NCBI RefSeq assembly: GCF_040938485.1
Contig: NW_027271077.1
Location: 1,116,001-1,180,000, forward strand
Length of the DNA stretch: 64,000 nucleotides
Direction of reading: 5' to 3'
Origin: Diadema antillarum
Taxonomy: Eukaryota
Shown piece by piece: positions 59,001-64,000 of this stretch (its first letter is position 1; every line of letters begins with the position of its first letter). A program made the position numbers and the translations under genes. The notes beneath the pieces are model-generated. The model was not told where the DNA came from, made no database searches, and saw only the letters and a list, made by a program, of their open reading frames with translations.

Positions 59001-61388
59001 ACTAAATCATGAAGGTTGTATCTCGTCCGAGGAGAATTACCCGGATGTTCTAACACAATAGGAATTGGTAACATAATAGACAGCAAAAATATCTGCCCTA
59101 CTAGTATTGAAGAATAAATTCGCTCCAATATTTTGTTCAATTTCAATAGAAAGAGAAAAAAAATTCCCGCAGAAGAGTGCAAAAATGATCAAAATTTAAT
59201 AAGAAATACAGAAGCTATGACATTTTGTAATTTCAATATTTTGCGAAAAAACACTTCTTGACCAGTCCTTATGAATATTCAAATCAGCAAGTTGATGATG
59301 TCATGCTCTTACAATTGTTTTCATACAAAATGTGAAATATGAAAGTGTCGTATCTTCCTTATTTCTTATGCGATTTTTGTCATTTTTGGAACGTTCTTTA
59401 GGGATTTTTTTTTCTTTTTCTTTTAGAGGTCATTTATTTTTGGGTTGGATTTCTCCTTTAAGGCAGTAAAGTCCATAATACATTTTGCATACAAATGATG
59501 CTCATATTAATATATATATATGTAGGGCGTTAGTGAAAAAAAAAATAATAACTTTACTTTGGACGCGCGCTTCGAGTGTTTTGGACTCTTCAAAATGTTA
59601 TTGAGCTGCGGAAGGTGGATTACGAACGACCCACGGACTAATGTGCATTATTTGTTTCATAATAGTGGCATGATTATGAATCTGCTGCAGCCATTTTCGA
59701 TCCCTTTGGATTCAGCAATTTACATTAGTGTGTAATCGATCTGGACATGCTTGAAACTCGATCGTGTCAATTATTCTGACCGTCAATAACCTATTTTCCG
59801 GTCAAAATGATGTATAGGGCCTACTTAGTATCAGAATATAAGCTCTGTTTCAGACGAGATCATCATGACCGTGGAAACATTCACTTTGTCACTTTCATGG
59901 TATCCCCCACCCCCTCCCTCTCTCTCTTTCCTTCCCTCTCTTTCGTTCGGAAGCTTGCAAGTGCCACCGAAAAGACGAGATAATAATTCTTGGTCTCCTC
60001 GGACTCGTCTTCTTCTTGTGTCAACGAAGACAGAAGGGCGAGAAAAGATCCCCGTCTTCGGAATCTCTCCTCGGGCCCGAGAAGGCAGGAAAGCGCGATG
60101 TCAGATCCCGTTTTTCCGACTTCTCTGGTTTGAGAAGGTGGGTCATTAGATCTTTCTCTCTTTGATTTCTCTGGTTCTCGAGGAGCCGAAATATATATAT
60201 ATATATATATATGCAAATAAGATCCCGTCTTCTCACCTTCTATGACCCGAGAAGTCAAGAAGACAAGGTCTCACATCTCACCTTCTCGGGGGTACCCAAG
60301 ATGTTGAGAAGACGAGATATCGATCACGGTACTCGCCAGGCATTATCTTGGTTTACACATTAAACATATGTTGTGTAACAGTAGGCCTACTGCTAATGTG
60401 CTACTGTGCAGGGTGTATGTCCGGGAAAGGGGGGGGGGGGGAGGAGGAAGCGGGGACGATTATACCATTGAGTAATATAATAATAAGGTTACATTAATTA
60501 TTACTGGGGTTTACTGTTCATTCTGATATCTGCTGGCTGACGGTCATGTTAGTTTAAAGGGTATATTATAAAGCCCACATGTGTCTGCTTATGATACAAT
60601 ACGGTCCATTATTATCATGTCATTATCTTCATGAGATAACGCACATGAAAACAATCAAATTCACGGAGGTGGGGAGTAGTTCATGTCAAGGATTTCAAAC
60701 ATTGAAGACATCCTTGACCTTGATAATCAGATAAGATGGTGAGTAAAATCCTGCATTTTATCGAACGCATATACCTTTGTCTCAAGGAGTGTTCATCTCA
60801 TATCCTCCATCAATTATTAACAGAACATCCTTTAACCCGGATAACCTACGCGCCTCTGTAACAGAGACCTTGTGTCCTACTACGGCGATGCAAAGAGTTT
60901 GTGATAACGTGTCGTCTTGGTATACGATGCATGGTGAGCATGTCCGTGTTTACATTTAGTCACAATTAAGTGATCGGGAAACAAAAGTTGGTTCTTATAA
61001 TACAATTCTTTCAACTGTCCCGAACGATTGCCCTCAATAAAGTGCAGGAAACTGTTGCGTTGGCATTGTGACAGCATCTCATCTTGGCTCGCTGTTGTAA
61101 TTGTAGACGGCTGTTGTTGAGGGCCTCAGCTCCCTCGATACCTGCACTTCAGCCGTGTAATGCAAGCCGCCAGGGACTATTATATCCTGCCAACGAGATT
61201 CTGACTCGCGTATAATGTTTGTGATCTAAAGCTGTCACAGTTCCATACCAGCGAATTGGATGTCAACTGTTCGGGTTTAGCGCCTATGCATGCTGTTGAC
61301 ATTTTCATATAGGTTAGAGTGGACTGTCACGTAAAGCGAATACACCGTATCGTATTCCTGATAGGAATAGCACGAACTCCTTGCCGTG

Positions 61389-62001
61389 ATGGGGTCTGGC
61401 GAGAAAAAGCACTCCGACGACGACGAAAAGCCAGCGAAGTCGAAATACGGCAAGTCGCGACCACATGACCCGACGTTCAATGGACCGATCAAGAAGCGCG
61501 GCTGCACCGACGTCATCTGCTGCCTCATTTTCTTGGCTTTCCTCGGCGGTCAGGGTTTCATCGCGTACCTCGCCTTCACCACCGGCAACCCGCAGACCAT
61601 CATCTACGCCACCGACTACAAGGGGCAAATCTGCGGGAGCACTCCGGAGGTAGCCAACCTGACCAGCTTGTTCTACTTCGACTGGCTGGCCTGTTTCTCC
61701 TACGCTACTCTCGCCAACCTGAGGTGCCCAACCCCTCAGGTGTGTGTCAAGACCTGTCCCAGCGAGACCTACTCCATCTACACCCGCTATGCCCCCCAGA
61801 TCGCCACCGGTATCTACTATGACATCGACTGGAATGACTTCGTGTGCGACTACGGTGTCGATCCCGAGTACGAAGTCACTCACAATGGACACACGATCAC
61901 GTCGCTGCTTGCGGAGGATATCTGTGCCGCGTACTATGTGGAGAGCCAGTCTCAGTACAATAGATGTCTTCCCAGCTTCATGGATGTATCCAATATGACA
62001 G
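61389..62001 (+). CDS. SLC44A2: Choline transporter-like protein (CTL2/CTL4/CTL5 clade, SLC44A), first coding exon, 204 codons; continues beyond the window
   Basis: DPTFNGPIKKRGCTDVICC, TM1, GNPQTIIYATDYKGQICG, LFYF..C, CPTPQVCVKTCP; donor ACA G|GTATGT. Probably co-orthologous to vertebrate SLC44A2/4/5. Confidence 0.9.
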
Positions 62002-64000
62002 GTATGTGACGTACAGTAATTCTTGTAAGAGGTGTGCGAGGGGGAGAGATGAGTTTTAAAAGAGCACAGGATCATTATATGGAACAAAAAAACAAACAAA
62101 TAAAGAATGAATTGTCAATCATTGGTAACACGATTAGGTCAGATTTCATTTTGGCAGCTCTGCAAGTAAATCCATAACCATATACCTCGTCAATTCCATT
62201 TAAGTAAAGCACAATAACACAAGCAGACTAAAGAATATCTTTTTGTATTGTTAAAGTGATTTTAGACAATATGAAACTATACCTTTTTTATTCTGTAGAA
62301 GAAAAGGACATAATATTATAAACACATAGACAGGCACTTTCAACTCCCAGCGTTTTCGAAATTGTCAAAAATCAACGCACTGAACAGTTGGACGTTATCT
62401 ACTTGCATTAAACATTGTTAACACCGTATAATGTAGTAACAAAGTTATGGTCAACGATCTTTTCAAAGTTCAATACCTCATCTTTGGAATCAGCTCCCTA
62501 ATGATATCAGAGAACGTTCATCATTAGATCATTTCAAGTCTATATTGAAGACTCATATTTTGTTTGTAAAGTAACTTTCATTGTTCTGTAAACTGTTTAA
62601 TGATGTGTTTTAGGTTGAGATATATATAGTTTTCTTTTGTATTTGTTTTTTTTCCGTTTCTAAAAAATGCGCTTAGAGACTTAAATGTAATTTGCGCTCT
62701 ATGAAGATGGTTTATTTTTATTACTATTTAAAGCCTAATTGGCATAGATTTTTCTAAATATGATTTAAGACTACTATAAAGGCATTTCAATTTGGAATAA
62801 AATGCAGTCTGTGACAAGAATATTCTGAAATGAATGGTGAGGTTGGAGGGGTCTATTCCAGTTGATACACAAGCTTGGGTAATGCGAAATATAAATTCTT
62901 CTACACTTCTGCCAACCATAGTACAATGATATTCCAAGCACAAAGTATACCCCTTTACTCGACTCCATAGTATGTACCCTGCACACAGCTGGTTGTGTGA
63001 ATGAAACAAAAATTCGTCAAAAGTGGGTCTCATCGGATAGCCCTATGACTACGTAGCTAATATCCCCTGGATAAGTGTGGCGGAAGTAGGGATTTTACGG
63101 CAGAACGTTTAGTCACAAAATTACCGAATGCGATAGCCTATATCGCAGTAACATCAATACCGATATTGGCAATCCAGTAATTTACGCTCATAACATGCAG
63201 GATATCATTTCAGTGAGCAGTGCTTTTTCTTCTCTATGGAGGTACAGATTATCATCGTGGGATTTGATTGATCACCGTTTGAAGAGACAGACAAAAGAGC
63301 AATATTGAAAATGGGTGACTCAATACCCAAAATGATGCAAACTTATACATACGGACACGGATGCATGAGTTATATCCTGTCAGTCAGTACCAGCAAGAAA
63401 CATAAAATTCTTCGACACGATCTAACTGCGATAAGGGACTGCGCACTGGCCACATTGTTGAGCACTCAAGACCATAATCGTTATTCAAGCAAATTCAGTG
63501 AAAATTATTATTATCACTATGATTTTTACTCCTGAAAGTAGTGGGAAATTGTTTGGTGTCGTCTTGTTTTGTTTTGGTTTGGTTTGTTTCTTAAACAATC
63601 TAGCGTTCATTGATTCCCAATAGTTATTATGATTTTAATAATATTGTGATTGAAATTCTGACATGAGACTCCTTAGATGTGATGGTTAAAAGTGTATCAG
63701 GAGCCTAGAGGGTTTAACGCACCGTTTCCGTTTGACAAAGAAATCGGTCTCTACGTGTCTAACTTTTGGCTAACGTTCAAGAGCGCATCCTTAATTCATT
63801 CGATCTTTTACAATGAAACATTTGCCCCAGTGTTTCCTTGAAAAGATGGTGGAGACAACCACCGCAACAGGACATCTAGTATAGGATTACGTAATCATGG
63901 TCGAACACGTGTTTGTCTAGAGGTTTGTATACACGCCAATGGGTTGTAAAGTGGCCTGCCTCCAATAAAACAATGCTGTAAAGAAAAATGATAAAAGTGC

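Noticed and set aside
61314-62099. 261-aa minus-strand ORF
   Set aside because: Antisense shadow of the GC3-rich SLC44A exon; no recognisable domain.

Overview
Eukaryotic, intron-rich, AT-rich genomic DNA. The repeat landscape and gene structure suggest an invertebrate deuterostome, probably a sea urchin (inference). Three protein-coding genes can be reconstructed by hand from splice sites and reading phase. (1) On the minus strand, the 5' part of an inner-arm axonemal dynein heavy chain of the DNAH6/DNAH14 clade, best matching DNAH14: 29 coding exons from 29986 to 733, about 1671 codons of tail and linker, with the motor domain beyond the left edge. (2) On the plus strand, a complete PRPF39 (U1 snRNP HAT-repeat factor): 15 coding exons, 35926-51988, 823 aa, transcribed divergently from the dynein. 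(3) The first coding exon of a CTL2/4/5-type choline transporter-like gene (SLC44A, 61389-62001), running off the right edge. Introns hold many non-autonomous DNA-transposon derivatives (piggyBac-, Kolobok-, Harbinger-, Tc1/pogo-, hAT-like and a Helentron HINE) and tRNA-derived SINE pieces. There is a 155-nt N gap. The best leads are two frame-complementary candidate poison exons in a PRPF39 intron, inverted repeats bracketing a frame-neutral dynein exon, a tRNA-like Pol III unit inside nested inverted repeats, hAT-like elements with 6-bp TSDs, and an apparently intron-depleted SLC44 5' exon. I see no clear evidence of a wholly new biological system. Family assignments come from remembered sequence motifs, not database searches.
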